Below the pieces are notes generated by a model. That model was given only the letters and a program-made list of their open reading frames with translations. It searched no databases and had not been told where the DNA came from. DNA of 63,179 bases, the filler included, from Neolecta irregularis DAH-3 (lineage: Eukaryota): assembly GCA_001929475.1 (NCBI GenBank). It is 4 parts of 4 records of this genome, joined end to end, with 100 filler letters (N's around TTAATTAATTAA, not from the genome) between each part and the next. Parts side by side here need not be neighbours in the genome. Positions count along the whole stretch, not along the records: positions 22,586 to 48,022 come from LXFE01000280.1; 3 more parts are not named here. One strand, written 5' to 3'. Position numbers and translations under genes: made by a program. Below, in pieces: positions 27,642 through 39,924 of this stretch (the first letter of the stretch is position 1; the number at the start of each line of letters is the position of its first letter).

Positions 27642-28469
27642 TCACCCAATAACGACTTTTGATTCCTCAATAAATTCATATTCAGGAAGTAACTAAAAAT
27701 CAGCTCAAGGAGAACTTAACAAGGTAAACATATTTTCCAAGTTCAATGGGGCTGGTCCTTTTCTGATTCTTCCAGCTACGGGATCAGTTCCAAATATCCA
27801 AAATATTTATCTTACAGATGTCGTAGTGTGATCCATGACAAGGACAGAACCACCCACCAAATTCTCCACTGTCACCAATTGGAACACAACCAAGATGCTG
27901 ATAAATCAATTCATACTTCCAAATGAAATAATTACCGTGCAAACGCCCACCATGACCAACCACTCAGGCCTTTTGACCCGTTCAGCATCTGTCTGCGGAT
28001 CCCGCAAAGACTTGATGTCAACTTGATTAGCTTCCTCAATTTCTTCCTGAGTTCGATGTCTGAAAAATACTGGCTTCCCTCTCCAACTGCCAATTAGATA
28101 TTTTCATAAAACTACTTACTTAACGGTAAGATTCTGTCCCTCGGGAATTGTAGACAAGTCGACTTCAACTTTTGCCATTGCCAAAACATCGGCAGAAGCA
28201 GCCAAACTGGAAACGAAATCGGAAACTAGCGCTTTTGCGCCTGCAGCCGTAACAAAGCCCATCGTTCCCACCATAATATAGCTGAAGGTTCTTGATGTGT
28301 CTATGTCGCTTTGTTTCTTATAGTGGGAAAAATCTGGGATTTGAGTGGTTCTTGTGCTGTTGGTTCGAAGGGCAGTCATTGCCGGTAGCACCGGAACATT
28401 GATCGGGGAAAAACGTTTAGATATTAGAGGTAATGAGGATTTGAGGGTTGAAGGGACGCGAGAGGCCAT
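27642..28469 (-). CDS. RIP1: Cytochrome bc1 Rieske iron-sulfur protein
   Basis: [61 protein letters not shown] (last junction needs an AT-AC intron). Confidence 0.96.
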
Positions 28470-28578
28470 TATTGAGTGATTAAACAGCGGAGTGGAATTA
28501 CTCTGAGGTGGTGAGTATTCTGGGCTTTGAGATATCTTCCGGGATTCTCCGACATAAGTATTTCACTTTAGGTTACCC

Positions 28579-28956
28579 ATGCGTTTGGATCTAGGTCAGC
28601 TGTCGCCAGCGGATGAGGATGAAGTTCGGAAAATAGTCAGGAAAAATGCGTTGCTCCACTGCAAACCAGTCGTTGAAGGTGGGGTTATTTGCCTTTGTAA
28701 CTAAGATGCTAGACTACGTTGAGTGTGTCAAACCTCGTTTGATTTCTATGATCTGGCATTGTGGAGACAAGAAGAATGAAATGTTGAAATGTCTGGGATT
28801 ATAGTACATGATTTTGCAGCAACTGAACTTACGCTGAATAGCTCGAAGCAGAGGGATTATGATCTCGCGCGGGACGAATATATTGCCATACTCAAGGGAA
28901 AACGCAAGGCAAGAGAGGCTGCTAGACATACTAGACAGCCTCAAGAGAATTTCTGA
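28579..28956 (+). CDS. Twin CX9C COX-assembly factor, Cmc1-like (3 exons; not in ORF track)
   Basis: Spliced LSPADEDEVRKIVRKNALLHCKPVVEDYVECVKPRLISMIWHCGDKKNEMLKCL..YDLARDEY has twin CX9C spacing. Confidence 0.8.
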
Positions 28957-29034
28957 TCGAAAAATGGGCTTATATATCGTTTTTACTGGCGTTATGGTAT
29001 AATTAATTCCTGGGTCGGAAAGCATCTAAATAGA

Positions 29035-30329
29035 TGGAAGTCTTTCGGGTTCTTCAGATAATCCGGCAATGAACGAGAAACTCAGATGCATTTACATTCG
29101 CTTCTGTAGAAACATGGATTCTACTTTTTTCGTTTCAATATTTAGTCGTGGGCCCATCGTCATCAGATAATTGATGATCAACCAGAAGGTTTCTGACCGA
29201 GATCATCGGAGTATACTCTGATTCATCGCTTACGCTGTGACCAGTTCTTTTGAATTTAAGAGATACGTGCATATTTTTCACTATTTTTCCAATCCAAAAT
29301 ATTTAATCGATATCGGGAGCTTCGTTTACTTTTGAAAAGTTAAGGAAACGCCTTTTCACATATTGACATTCAATATTTGAAATTTACCCTGATAGAAGGC
29401 TGGATGAGAAGGATTGAGCGATGGCAACGTCCTTAGCCGCTTGTCTCTCCACCATATCATATCTTCACAACTCCGAGACCAACCAGCACACCTGCACTAT
29501 TATTATCCTTAGTGTTGAATAGAAATTAGCTTGAAATTGAGGATGGCATCCACGACAATCGAATTATGAAGATCAGAATTCCGAATAAAATTGACGTTGA
29601 AGAGGGTCTAGTCGGGAATATTTGGATCCTTCGTGATTTTGATGACCAGATGGGAATGAAAACAGGTTCCCGCAGAAAGGTGGAAAGATTCCAAAAAATG
29701 GGTGAACTCATTTTTTTCTTGAACGTCGTATTCTTGATGCTAATAGCAATTTCACAACGACTTTTATGGAGCATATTCTTGTCAAGGATCCAAACGCCCT
29801 TTCGATTATTCGCGTAGTTGTTCGAGCGACGACGAAATTATACTTGGACTTCGACCCGTTCTCACTGACCAATTGTCTGGAACAATTTATCAAAATCAAC
29901 CTCAACTTCTCTCTTCCTTGAATGAACAACAGCAGAGAGATAATCGATACCTCGATTGGGACTTCACAATGATTGCTAGAGGATCACCTGAAAATTTCGA
30001 GATATATCAACCCTCTCCAGTGTGTAGCTAGTTCAATAATCCAAGAGTTTTCCCTTTAAGCAGTGGAGCAATATCGACAACACGAAGCATATCATCCTAA
30101 ATGTCAACAAACCAGTTACCCAAAAGCTTTTATGGATGGATCCAGAAATATTGTCCATCGTGCTACTATTAGGAACATGTTGTGTAATCCACACGATATA
30201 CTTCCTCTGGCGATGGAGTTAGGCAAGAAATTTCCCGAGGTATTCACTTCTTCCCGATATTGTGCTTAGCCGATTTAGCTTGCGCCAATTAGGATCGTGT
30301 CGCCGTTTGATTTATATGAGTTGGACTGA
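29035..30329 (+). CDS. Hypothetical multi-exon protein; 5' structure uncertain
   Basis: Open segments separated by intron-like GT..AG stretches, ending ..GKKFPE|LAPIRIVSPFDLYELD*; no family recognised. Confidence 0.4.
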
Positions 30330-30444
30330 GGAGATATCCAAGTCAAGGGGCAGGAGGATCAAGGTCTATATGTGAAAACATCCAGCACATAAATTAAATA
30401 AATCGTTCGATGTACCAGACCAATGCGGAAATCCGAAATGATAA

Positions 30445-31241
30445 TTATTTAAACACCATGATCAAAACCAATAGTATCACGATTAAGATCACGATGGTGG
30501 TAATTTGACCTGGTGCGTTATTGATTTCTAGTAAGAGAGCTCTACCGTTGTCTCTGGCTTTCTGGGATATCCTCCTCAACCTTCTCTTGGCGATATCTAA
30601 TCTACTCTGACTTCGATCCACCAGTCCATCCATTTCTTCTAGTATTTCACCATGGTGTTCCAACTCATTTCCTATCTGCAAACTCAAATCGCGTTGTCTA
30701 CCGATGCTCTCGGACAAGTGATCCAGTGAAATATCTTGGTCGTTCATTATTTGCTGTTGAAACTGGAGGACTTCATGATCTTCCATTTCCTCCGCTTCTT
30801 CTCGGAATCTAACCTGTTTCTTTGCAACAGGTTGAAAAAAACTGTTCAAGTAAACATTGCAGGGCGTGTTGCAGATAACCTTTCTTCTGCAACAGCTCGT
30901 GTTGGAGGCAACTGAAGCGAGCCCTGATGAATTTCTCCGTCCAACATTCCAACAAGATTATCATATTGATTATGTAGTCGTATCAACAAGTCTTCCCGTT
31001 CCTTTAATTGTTTGGATGGATAGCGGTCTCCTGATTGCTCGAAGCGAGACTGTTCCTCTTCGAGTGTTCGCACTCCGTTCCGAAGTGTTTCCAGACCTTT
31101 CTGAATTTCGTCTTTGTCTTGCTGCGATGGTTCTAGTGACAGGGATTTCAAACGATTGTATTCCTGAATGGAACTGTAGAGAACGGAGTCGGCGAGAAGG
31201 GTTAAATGGGAGATGACGGGATCGCTCTTAAAGGTGGTCAT
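30445..31241 (-). CDS. SYN8: Qc-SNARE syntaxin-8 (Syn8/Fsv1-like)
   Basis: Helical N-domain, SNARE motif QQQIMNDQDISLDHLSESIGRQRDLSLQIGNELE, C-terminal TM helix. Confidence 0.85.
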
Positions 31242-31525
31242 GTCGGAAGATATGGAGGTTTACGAGACGGACACACATCAATCAATCAATCCCAATCCAA
31301 GGCCCTTGGATTGATTGATTGAATAATTTAGTCAGTATCGCTGAAATGATGGTCTGCTAAGCAACGATCTGTTCTTGGAACAATACTACCTCTGGACTGG
31401 GTATTCATCTCTTTTAATATTGCTATTTTTACATCATAGATGCTCCACTGCTCTCGATTACACCAAATCTTTGCGAATTTTGACCGATATACTATCGCCA
31501 CTTTATTTGTGAATCTGCTGCAAAC

Positions 31526-31615
31526 TCCCGCCCGCCCGCCTCGCTCTCCCGCCCGCCTCGCTCTCCCGCCCGCCTCGCTCTCCCGCCCGCCTCTCTCGCT
31601 CGCTCTCCCGCCGCC
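31526..31615. repeat. GC-rich minisatellite, 17-bp unit CTCGCTCTCCCGCCCGC, about 4 copies
   Basis: Directly visible tandem units in an intergenic region. Confidence 0.85.
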
Positions 31616-31852
31616 ATCAACTGCGTACACTTTAAGCGACGATAACCCTGGATGTAGTATCTCATGGAGGTTAGTATCATACCGTAGTTCCCTGGTCGCA
31701 TATGAATTCGATAGATGCAACCAGAGGACTACGTGAATGCCATATAGTTTTACCCAGATTCTGCCATTGCCCAATAATGACGTCATGTCAAACCCATCCC
31801 CACTCATTATGTATATATAAATGGCTTATCTTTTCAGCAGTGGTGCGTTAAC

Positions 31853-32274
31853 ATGTCTCTCTCTGCCCTTGCTCGCACTCTCCGTAGTCGTGTCAGTCCG
31901 TTATATTCTACCGTCATGCGGTACGGTTCGTCTGGAAGGTACATACTCTACGACCCAGTCAGTGTTAATGGGGTATCTAGTTATATGTCCAATAATGATC
32001 CTCATGTGCTTGTTCTCTGAAATTAGCAAGTGAACTCACTGTAAGATCCTTGAAAAGGACAAAGAGAAATCGCTCAATGATGAGTCTGAAGAAAGTCTTA
32101 TGAAAAATGCACCAAAATGGGACGAGAAATTGGCCAGTGAAAGTGAGGCATATGTATATCCCAACCAAATTACACATCTCATGTACTTAGATCAAAGCAG
32201 ATAAAGAGGATGTTTCTAGTATTAGCGAGTTACAACGAAAGACAGTAGAAACGGTCAAGAAGAAGTACAAGTAA
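31853..32274 (+). CDS. Small (about 100 aa) putative mitochondrial protein, 4 exons; not in ORF track
   Basis: Spliced MSLSALARTLRSRVSPLYSTVMRY (presequence-like)..NNDPHILEKDK..APKWDEKLASESEAYIKADK..ELQRKT; resembles a conserved small fungal family. Confidence 0.7.
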
Positions 32275-34139
32275 ACTTCAGTCATCGTTGCAAATATGTC
32301 TTGTAATGCTTGCCAAAAACTATTTTGGATCCGCAAAATATTGGATACTTTAGGTATCTTGGCTATATAACATGGACAGTATATATAACCACGATCCACC
32401 TATCAATTACCAGAATGTTTAGTGTTCTTAAAAGCTATCTGGGTGATATTCATAAGCAAACACAAGAATGATCAACGCGCCAAGAAGAAAAATACCCTGT
32501 GAAATTCGTAACAAGATCCTTCCATAAGTGCTTTCATTACCTTCTCCTGTTGGTCGACCTGGACGACGATGTAATTCTTCATTCCTTTGGCGCGTGTTCC
32601 TGCTTCCTGCAGACTTATTTTTATTCCATTCATTAAAGGAAATGTGTTGGAAAATGTCCGCTTTGGAGCCAGATTTACAAAAGGGATCGTCCAGACCCCT
32701 CTGTGTATGCTATATATAGATCCTTTTTCATATGAACTTATGCTCGCTAGCAAATGATAGATTCTTTCTATCCTCAAATATGCGCATCAGATAATAACCT
32801 GTTGCGCCGCCAACGTTGCCTCAATAGTTAGATGGTCTTGACTAAACTTCAGGCCAAAATAATATTCTCGCTCCGGTTGCTCATTGCTGGCTTGCTGAAA
32901 AGGCGCATTAGCAAAAGCACCTGTCAAAGAAATCTTCAGCGGTTAAAAACGTATCTTAGATGGATACCAGAGGTAAAGAAACATGAGGCCTGCTCACGAG
33001 AGTGAAAGGAATAGACTCGCTCATACCAAGAACTTAGAGGAATCTGAAAAATTTGAAAAATCTTTGAGTTGATAAGCTGTTGTTTTGTCTCTCCTCTTGA
33101 ACACGAGACAGCTCGGTGATTCAGAAAGTAAGAGGAATAGGAGTCGAGATGTCATCTACAGAGGAGTCTCTTTCGAGTAGCAACAGAAATCAGCGCCATT
33201 GTACTGCGAAAGCAGGTCGCCGATGGTGCAGAAGACTCCCTATAAATACAGGTTTTCTTGAAATAAAAAGAAAGACTAAAAGGTCACACTCTTTCTGCAG
33301 AGAACTAAGAAAGCGGCGATATCGTAGAGTCTAGTTTTTAGAATATATGACATCAGGGGAAGCTAAGAACAACTTTGGAACACTTATGCACAGAATTATG
33401 CTAGAGTTTTGCTAGGATAGTTCTGCATGGTTTTTTCGATTGTTGGATCTGCACACAAATACTCAACTATGGAGGCAAGTAAGTGCCAACAGACGATCTA
33501 CAGATATGTTAGGACTTTGACTACTGAAAAAGTAATCAGTAGTGATGTCTTAGCACACAATAAAGGCGAGAAATTACAGAATTTGGGCGGAAGCTTGAAG
33601 AACATTGAGAGCTGTTAAGTTCACTTGAATTGCCTGCGATCAATTTTTAAGACTGAGTGCAAAAGGGGGAAACGTACGACTAATTAGAGCCTCTCTGTCA
33701 AATTTCTGACATATCCTACAATTCGAAAGATGTTCCACAAAATAAACTGTCTCAACAAATGATAGACGTTTCAATTTGCTTAATCAACTGTTCAAGCCCG
33801 AATGAGACTGGAAAGTACAACGACCAAGTTCCAGCTCCTTCAACCATCATGTACCCCTGAATTATAGCGGAAATTGTATAAGACCATCCAAATACATTAT
33901 TCCAGGATTCTTATCGTTTCACATGATCTTTCTTGAACCAAGCATTTAGATGTCGAGACTGAAAGATCGTGAGACTTACTAAGGTAGGCATGCGAAAAAA
34001 GGCTGAAAGGTTCAACGACTACAAACAAATATGGAACTAAAGTCCAGACGCATTCATCGGGGTTGGCTCGTATTTTTTCTGCTTTGTCCTCCAATCCTCC
34101 CCACTGCCACGAATTAACAAATCACTGCCCTGCTAAAGA

Positions 34140-34616
34140 ATGTCGGACTTGTCAAGAAACACTTCGACATCGTCTTCGGCGTCCATATGGTCGTCTTTAA
34201 AGAGACCCCGTTCCCCGTCAGTAACCACGTATGCAATTCTTTGCATGAAGCAAATTAACCCTTTTTCCAGGATTGACGTGTCCGCTGAAAATGAACAGCC
34301 TCCCCAAAAACGCCGCAGGTCAATCAGAGATTTTACTCTAACGACTTCAGCCGCATTAAAGAGACTCTGCATCAAAAGGCTCTTTGGTATCAATGGCAAC
34401 GAATACAAAGAGACGGAAGCAGCGCGACGCCGCCGTCTCCGTGCTAAACAGGCATCTCCTCGCCCTAATAGCCTTGCTTGGCGGGCATCGTTGCTAAGAG
34501 AAACAATTCAGGGGTCGCTATTCTCTCCTGGCAACGCGCCACCTGTCCCTCAACTTCCCCGAGTGCCGAACATGACGATAACATCGCCCGCATCGACCCA
34601 GAGGAGAACAGCGTAG
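34140..34616 (+). CDS. Hypothetical basic Ser/Arg/Pro-rich protein
   Basis: 158-codon ORF with NLS-like PQKRRR; may contain an in-frame intron near 34229-34270. Confidence 0.45.
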   Translation: MSDLSRNTSTSSSASIWSSLKRPRSPSVTTYAILCMKQINPFSRIDVSAENEQPPQKRRRSIRDFTLTTSAALKRLCIKRLFGINGNEYKETEAARRRRLRAKQASPRPNSLAWRASLLRETIQGSLFSPGNAPPVPQLPRVPNMTITSPASTQRRTA

Positions 34617-34847
34617 CATTGGTGCAGGGACTGTTCTATGGAGCCCATACCTTGGGAATTCATGTGCATATACCCCTGCTGAAGATCTCTAGGCATAGTG
34701 GACATGTATATATATAGAACATTCTGATAACGTACCAATCCGAACCAACCCATCCCGGCATGCGCTGTTCAAGGAGCTAGCGATGGAGGAGAGCGATCCA
34801 CAAAAGAGCGGGAGGAGAGAATGCAGTGTCTGTGGCACGCTGCAGAC

Positions 34848-34917
34848 TGCATACAGTCCATGCAGAGCATATACGGCGCATACAGTCCATGCAGAGCACA
34901 TACAGTCCACGCAGCAG
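34848..34917. repeat. Imperfect tandem repeat (CATACAGTCCATGCAGAGCA-like, about 3 copies)
   Basis: Visible repeated units upstream of the 35050 gene. Confidence 0.6.
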
Positions 34918-35049
34918 CGAGCGACGGCAGTAGCAGTGGGGCGGAGAGGCGTTGACCACGCGCGCTCTGATTGGCTCGCCACATTCTCGCGCCTTAAAAA
35001 CATCGCCCTCCCGCCGCCGCTCTCCACCACAACCCGCTGTTCTCGCCTC

Positions 35050-35471
35050 ATGCTTTCTACAGAACGCTCCATCCGCTTTCCGCACCACACCAACTCCTAC
35101 AGCCATGCTGGTATCCCCATCCACCACTATGCGTACACTCTTACCTTCGTCCTAGATACCCAGTACATGCACCGTCTCGAAGCCGCATTGGGCTTTTCCG
35201 ACGAGGACGATTTTGAATTCTGCGGCCCACATATGCTCTCCGCAGACCAGGTCCGCCTCTGCTCATACGCGTCCTGTTGATGTTGTAGCTGAACAGATAC
35301 TGGGAGACCAGTTCTCAGCGGAGCAAGTCGCCGTCAAGTCCTGCCTCTAGAGCCCGCAGCGCCGCTGTTCCTATCATCAATCCAAGTAGCGGGCGTCCGG
35401 TATCCAGTTCCTCTTCTACAGTTAGTGTGAATAATACCCCCATGCGTTCGCAGCGCCATAAATTCTACTGA
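35050..35471 (+). CDS. Small conserved-looking fungal hypothetical protein, 3 exons
   Basis: Spliced ..LEAALGFSDEDDFEFCGPHML..AVPIINPSSGRPVSS..; GT-AG introns restore one frame to TGA 35469-35471. Confidence 0.6.
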
Positions 35472-36497
35472 ATTCCTGACACTCCTTCAACACCTCGAAA
35501 AAATCTGAAGATACTTTCACGGACTTTCATGTTGTATGTTACAAGGATTTGGATTGGCATTTATTTCTTTTCTTTTTCTTGTGTATTGTGTCGGTGTGGG
35601 TTTGTTTCTCATTCATTCATTCATTCTTATGCTTTTTTTGTTCGTTCCGCTGGGGTTATCGGGAATGGACTGGTGGGTGTCATTTATCTCTTCTGGTGTA
35701 GATCTTTTTTTCATGCTTATGAATATAATGCCTCTCACGACGATACCAAATTCTCCATCTGTCCCATTTGAGATTAAAGAATGGCACTTTCACGTCTATT
35801 TTTTTGTTGGCAAAAATAAATGCAAGTGGTTAGCGTTGTGATGACACGTTAATAAGTGATACAGCATATCAGGAGGCAGCACTCAGACTACGAGACAATA
35901 TTCAGCAGCTGAATAATGAGGGCTTTTTCACTGCTGTTCCTCTAGAGACGTGGAACAGCTCACCAGTTGGTCCTCATCCCATGGCATCTTATCAAATGGC
36001 CAGTTTCTTGACGTTATAGGGAAGTTACGAAATATGGGTCCCTATAGAAAGCTTCGCCAAGGTTCATTCATACGTATCGACATGTGATAGGTCATAGCAG
36101 CTGACGGGATAAGATGGAACTCAATCGAGGGGATCTCAGCGTCTTGATACATGTATTTCATCTTTCCTTATCACGGTCATTCACTTGTATAGCCACTGAC
36201 TCGATATGAAATTCTTGATCACACAGTTCGAGCTTCTTGGCTAGGGCCAAGTATAGCTCTTGATCCATCTGAATTGAGGCAAGATATCGGACAGACGCCG
36301 TTACAGTATCCGGAACTGAAGATGGGATATTCGAAGAATCCCCCTTCCTTTCTCAATATAAGCTCGTTTGTGTAAAAAATTGATATATAGCAAAGAATTC
36401 ATTGACACGTAATCCAAAACGCCAAAATGCTTCGAGATACATGCAAATATGACCATATGCTCCAACTCAGCAAAACGTCCCGACCCTGGTGCTCATC

Positions 36498-37488
36498 TCA
36501 TCTGGCCATCATTCTGGCAACTAAATCCTTCAAATCCTTCTCAATATATGTCTCCCAAATAGCATAAAAACTGATCATTTCTTGAGTGCAATTCACAATA
36601 CTCTCCATCTCGACGCCATTATCCGCGAACCAACTGATCATTTTGTCGTTATTGCGTGATTCTAGCGATGTGGAAGTTATTCCTGATTTTGACATCTGGA
36701 CGTTGGGAAGAACAATAGAGAGATAGATTGCTGTCAGGGCGATAACATGCGGTGGATATAGAAGGGGAAGATCCGTCATATATGAATCATTGATAATTGC
36801 CCTAATGCTTAGCCAAGCGTTTTGCAGGAGTTGGACCAAGATGTCTGAGTTTCCTCAGGCGAGAGATCCAGTGGTTTGTTCAACTGGGTTAACGTTCGAT
36901 ATGGATGATGTATGATTAAATAACTGCTCATTTCTGAGATGACATAGAACTCGCACTCGGCGAGTTTAGAGGAGTCAAGGGTTACATAGTCTGCCTTGAT
37001 CAGTTCCACCATGTGTCCGCGAATATACCTTGCCAGAGACTCTTTGCTTCACTGACAACTGTGCGGATATGCTGAGGGCATTCTTCCATTTTAGAAGCAA
37101 TGTATACGCAGGTTGCACAGACAAGATAAGGATTTGTTTCTCTGATTGCAACTCTGTTCGCAGATCAGAATGCAGTTGCGTACAAGTGGCTACTTTGTGT
37201 AGAATCGCGCCATGTATACAGCTGCTGTTGCCATCGGCTGCTGGCGAAGCTGAAGCCTTCTACCGAGTCGCTGAATCACTGCATATTAGAGCAGATTATG
37301 GATTCGTTATACGCGAATAGAGATATATTCTGACTAGGCGCAAGTCGTCCTCTTGGCAAAACAGTAAATCGGCTCGCCGCGTATGCTCGAGCTGTGTCTT
37401 TGTTAACTGCCATTTCAATCTATGCCCTTAGAAAAATATCTGACTCTGGCTCGTGCCTTTGGCTCGATGTCCAGTAGTTTGCAGCCAT
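36498..37488 (-). CDS. SSN8: Cyclin C (Ssn8/Srb11), Mediator kinase module
   Basis: [67 protein letters not shown]. Confidence 0.93.
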
Positions 37489-37632
37489 TACACAATATTC
37501 AACATAAATGCCTTGATCGGCCTTTTGGCAGAATCAGAGTCACGTGCCGCAAGACAGGTGCATCAATAACATCTTTCGAATTATCGGCAAATCCGTATAC
37601 CTCTCCCTAATATTTTTGGAAAATGGCATGAC

Positions 37633-39426
37633 ATGCGGCCGCAAAAGGAATCTCAGAAAGACCGGGATGTCAGAATCAAACAGTTGTACGACAAACTCAA
37701 TACCCGACAGGAAGATTCCCTCGATCTCAGTTCGCTAATAGAGGGATTGAAGAAAATTAACCACCCTTTGCAAGACGATCAAGGCGTGCTTAAAGAAATT
37801 CTTCGAAGCGCAGACCTTGACGGGGATGGTAGAGTCACAGCATGAACCCTTGGTATTTACTTGGGGTAATTAATGTCAAGTTTGTCGAGTTTAAGACTTT
37901 CATGGAGAAGAGCGAGATGCATTTGTTTCAATTATTTCAGAGTATTGATAGAGATCGAAATGGAAACTTGTCAATGGAGGAAGTCGAACATGCGTTACTA
38001 CAAGCCAGCGTCACAGTGTCGAAGAAAAATTTACAAGCTTTTTTTAAAAGCGTGGATACTGATAACGATGGAGAGATAACGTTTGAAGAATGGAGAGATT
38101 TCTTGTTGGTACAATGATCCTGATCAACCTGCGGCTAATAAAAGTTTACACCTCATTCATCATTAACAATTAATGCGGTATATGCGTATTATCAAGCAAC
38201 TCATATGTCGTCAGAAGGAGATATCACTTTATCCGATAAGGCGCTTCATGGAATGGGCGACTTTATAGCCGGAGGTATCGCTGGAGCGGTGAGTAGAACA
38301 TGTACAGCTCCACTCGATCGGTTAATATGTCTTGAATGTCCGCACCTAATTTCTTTTCAGATTGAAAGTATACCTTATCTCGCAAACGTCTTCGGAAAAA
38401 CGGATCTCTTCTACAATGAAATCCAGAATATCCAAAGCAGTCTATGTGCCGTCGAAGAATCTTCTCAAAGCGATGATTCAGATATATCGCGAGGGCGGCG
38501 GTATGAGGAGTTTTTTTGTGGGTAATGGATTAAACGTGGTCAAAATATTCCCGGAAAGTGCAATCAAATTTGGCGTATTCGAAGCTTCGAAACGGGTCCT
38601 TGCGCAAATGGAAGGATTACCCCGCGAGAGTTTAGGAGATTTGTCTAGTCTGTCTGGATATTTAGCAGGTGGATTAGCCGGCTCTGTGTCCCAGTTTGCT
38701 ATCTATCCGAGTATTTAATCCACTAGGAAAAGCAGGCTCATTGTTTAGTCGATACCCTGAAATTGTATATTCCTATTCTTCGGAAGCAATCTTAGGTTTA
38801 GTCGTTTGCAATGCGAATGCGTACAAGGCGGAGACCGGGGGAATGTACTTCTTTGCATGATAGTGAAGAGTATGTGGTCAAATGGCGGCATAAGGAATTT
38901 CTATCGAGGCTTGCCTGTTGGCTTGATAGGAACTTTTCCATACGCTGGTACTCTCTTTGAAGACAAAGAGTTGTTAATATTACAGCCATCGATCTAGGGA
39001 CCTTTGAAGGATTAAAAAAAGCATATATCAAAGCCAAAGCGAAGCGTCTGAGGATCCCCGAGAGAAAAGTCCAACCAGGAAATTTCGTAGTTTTGGGGAT
39101 CGGTGCATTAAGTGGGAGCATCGGAGGTACGTCCCTTTTCAGGTGCATTTCATTTAAGATATAGCAAGTCTGGTATATCCCCTGAATGTCTTGCGAACTC
39201 GGTTTGACTCCTTTCGATGCATAAAATTCACTTTTATAGTTTACAAACACAAGGAACTGCGGCTCATTGTCAACAATACGCTGGGATCCGTGACGTTTTT
39301 CAGAAGACTGTTAAGAATGAGGGATATAGAGGGTTGTTTCGCGGACTGCTGCCGAATTTATTGAAAGTCGCACCGGCAGTCTCGATTTCATATGTTTTAT
39401 GGGAAAATTTAAGACCAAGGTATTAA
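37633..39426 (+). CDS. Ca2+-binding mitochondrial ATP-Mg/Pi carrier (SCaMC/Sal1 family)
   Basis: EF-hands (DLDGDGRV, DRDRNGNL, DTDNDGEI) plus carrier repeats AGAVSRTCTAPLDRLK, GNGLNVVKIFPESAIKF, PNLLKVAPAVSISY. Confidence 0.92.
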
Positions 39427-39924
39427 CATGCATTGGTCTCTTTTTTGCAAATCTCCTTTTCCTTCAGAGTCGACGACATGCGCATTCATCCATCTAAACT
39501 GCATTTTTTTTCGCTCCATCGTCTAATCAAGGTCCTCTCCCAGCCTTTGCCTTAACAACTTCTGGGAATCACCTAAACTAAAGGCTTGAAATGTTTGTTC
39601 ATTTGATTCTGTGGGACTGCTTCTCACTGAGGATTCTACCTCGTTTGGAAATTAAAGGAGGTCAATGGGGTTCACCATTGTTCCCCTCATACACCAACAC
39701 TGTCTTTTGAGAAAAGCCCTCTCGATAGAAAAGATTTCATATTTTCCAGCGAGGTACGTCAAGCCCTATTCTGGGAAATACAGGAACCATTCCGTGGGTA
39801 TTCATAAAGTATGTTGTGGTTTGCTTTGTTAAGTTGGATGCTGATATGGAAACTGTTCCATGACTCTTGAGAGTGAACTAAGAACGTCTTAGGCCATTGT
39901 TTCATGCTCTTCCCATATTTCCAT

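Noticed and set aside
31328-31807. 159-aa minus-strand ORF with GGR/ERG repeats
   Set aside because: Open mainly because it crosses the GC-rich minisatellite; no other coding signal.
32400-34100. Short ORFs in a gene-poor stretch
   Set aside because: No recognisable motifs or consistent exon chain; neither a gene nor a TE remnant can be supported.
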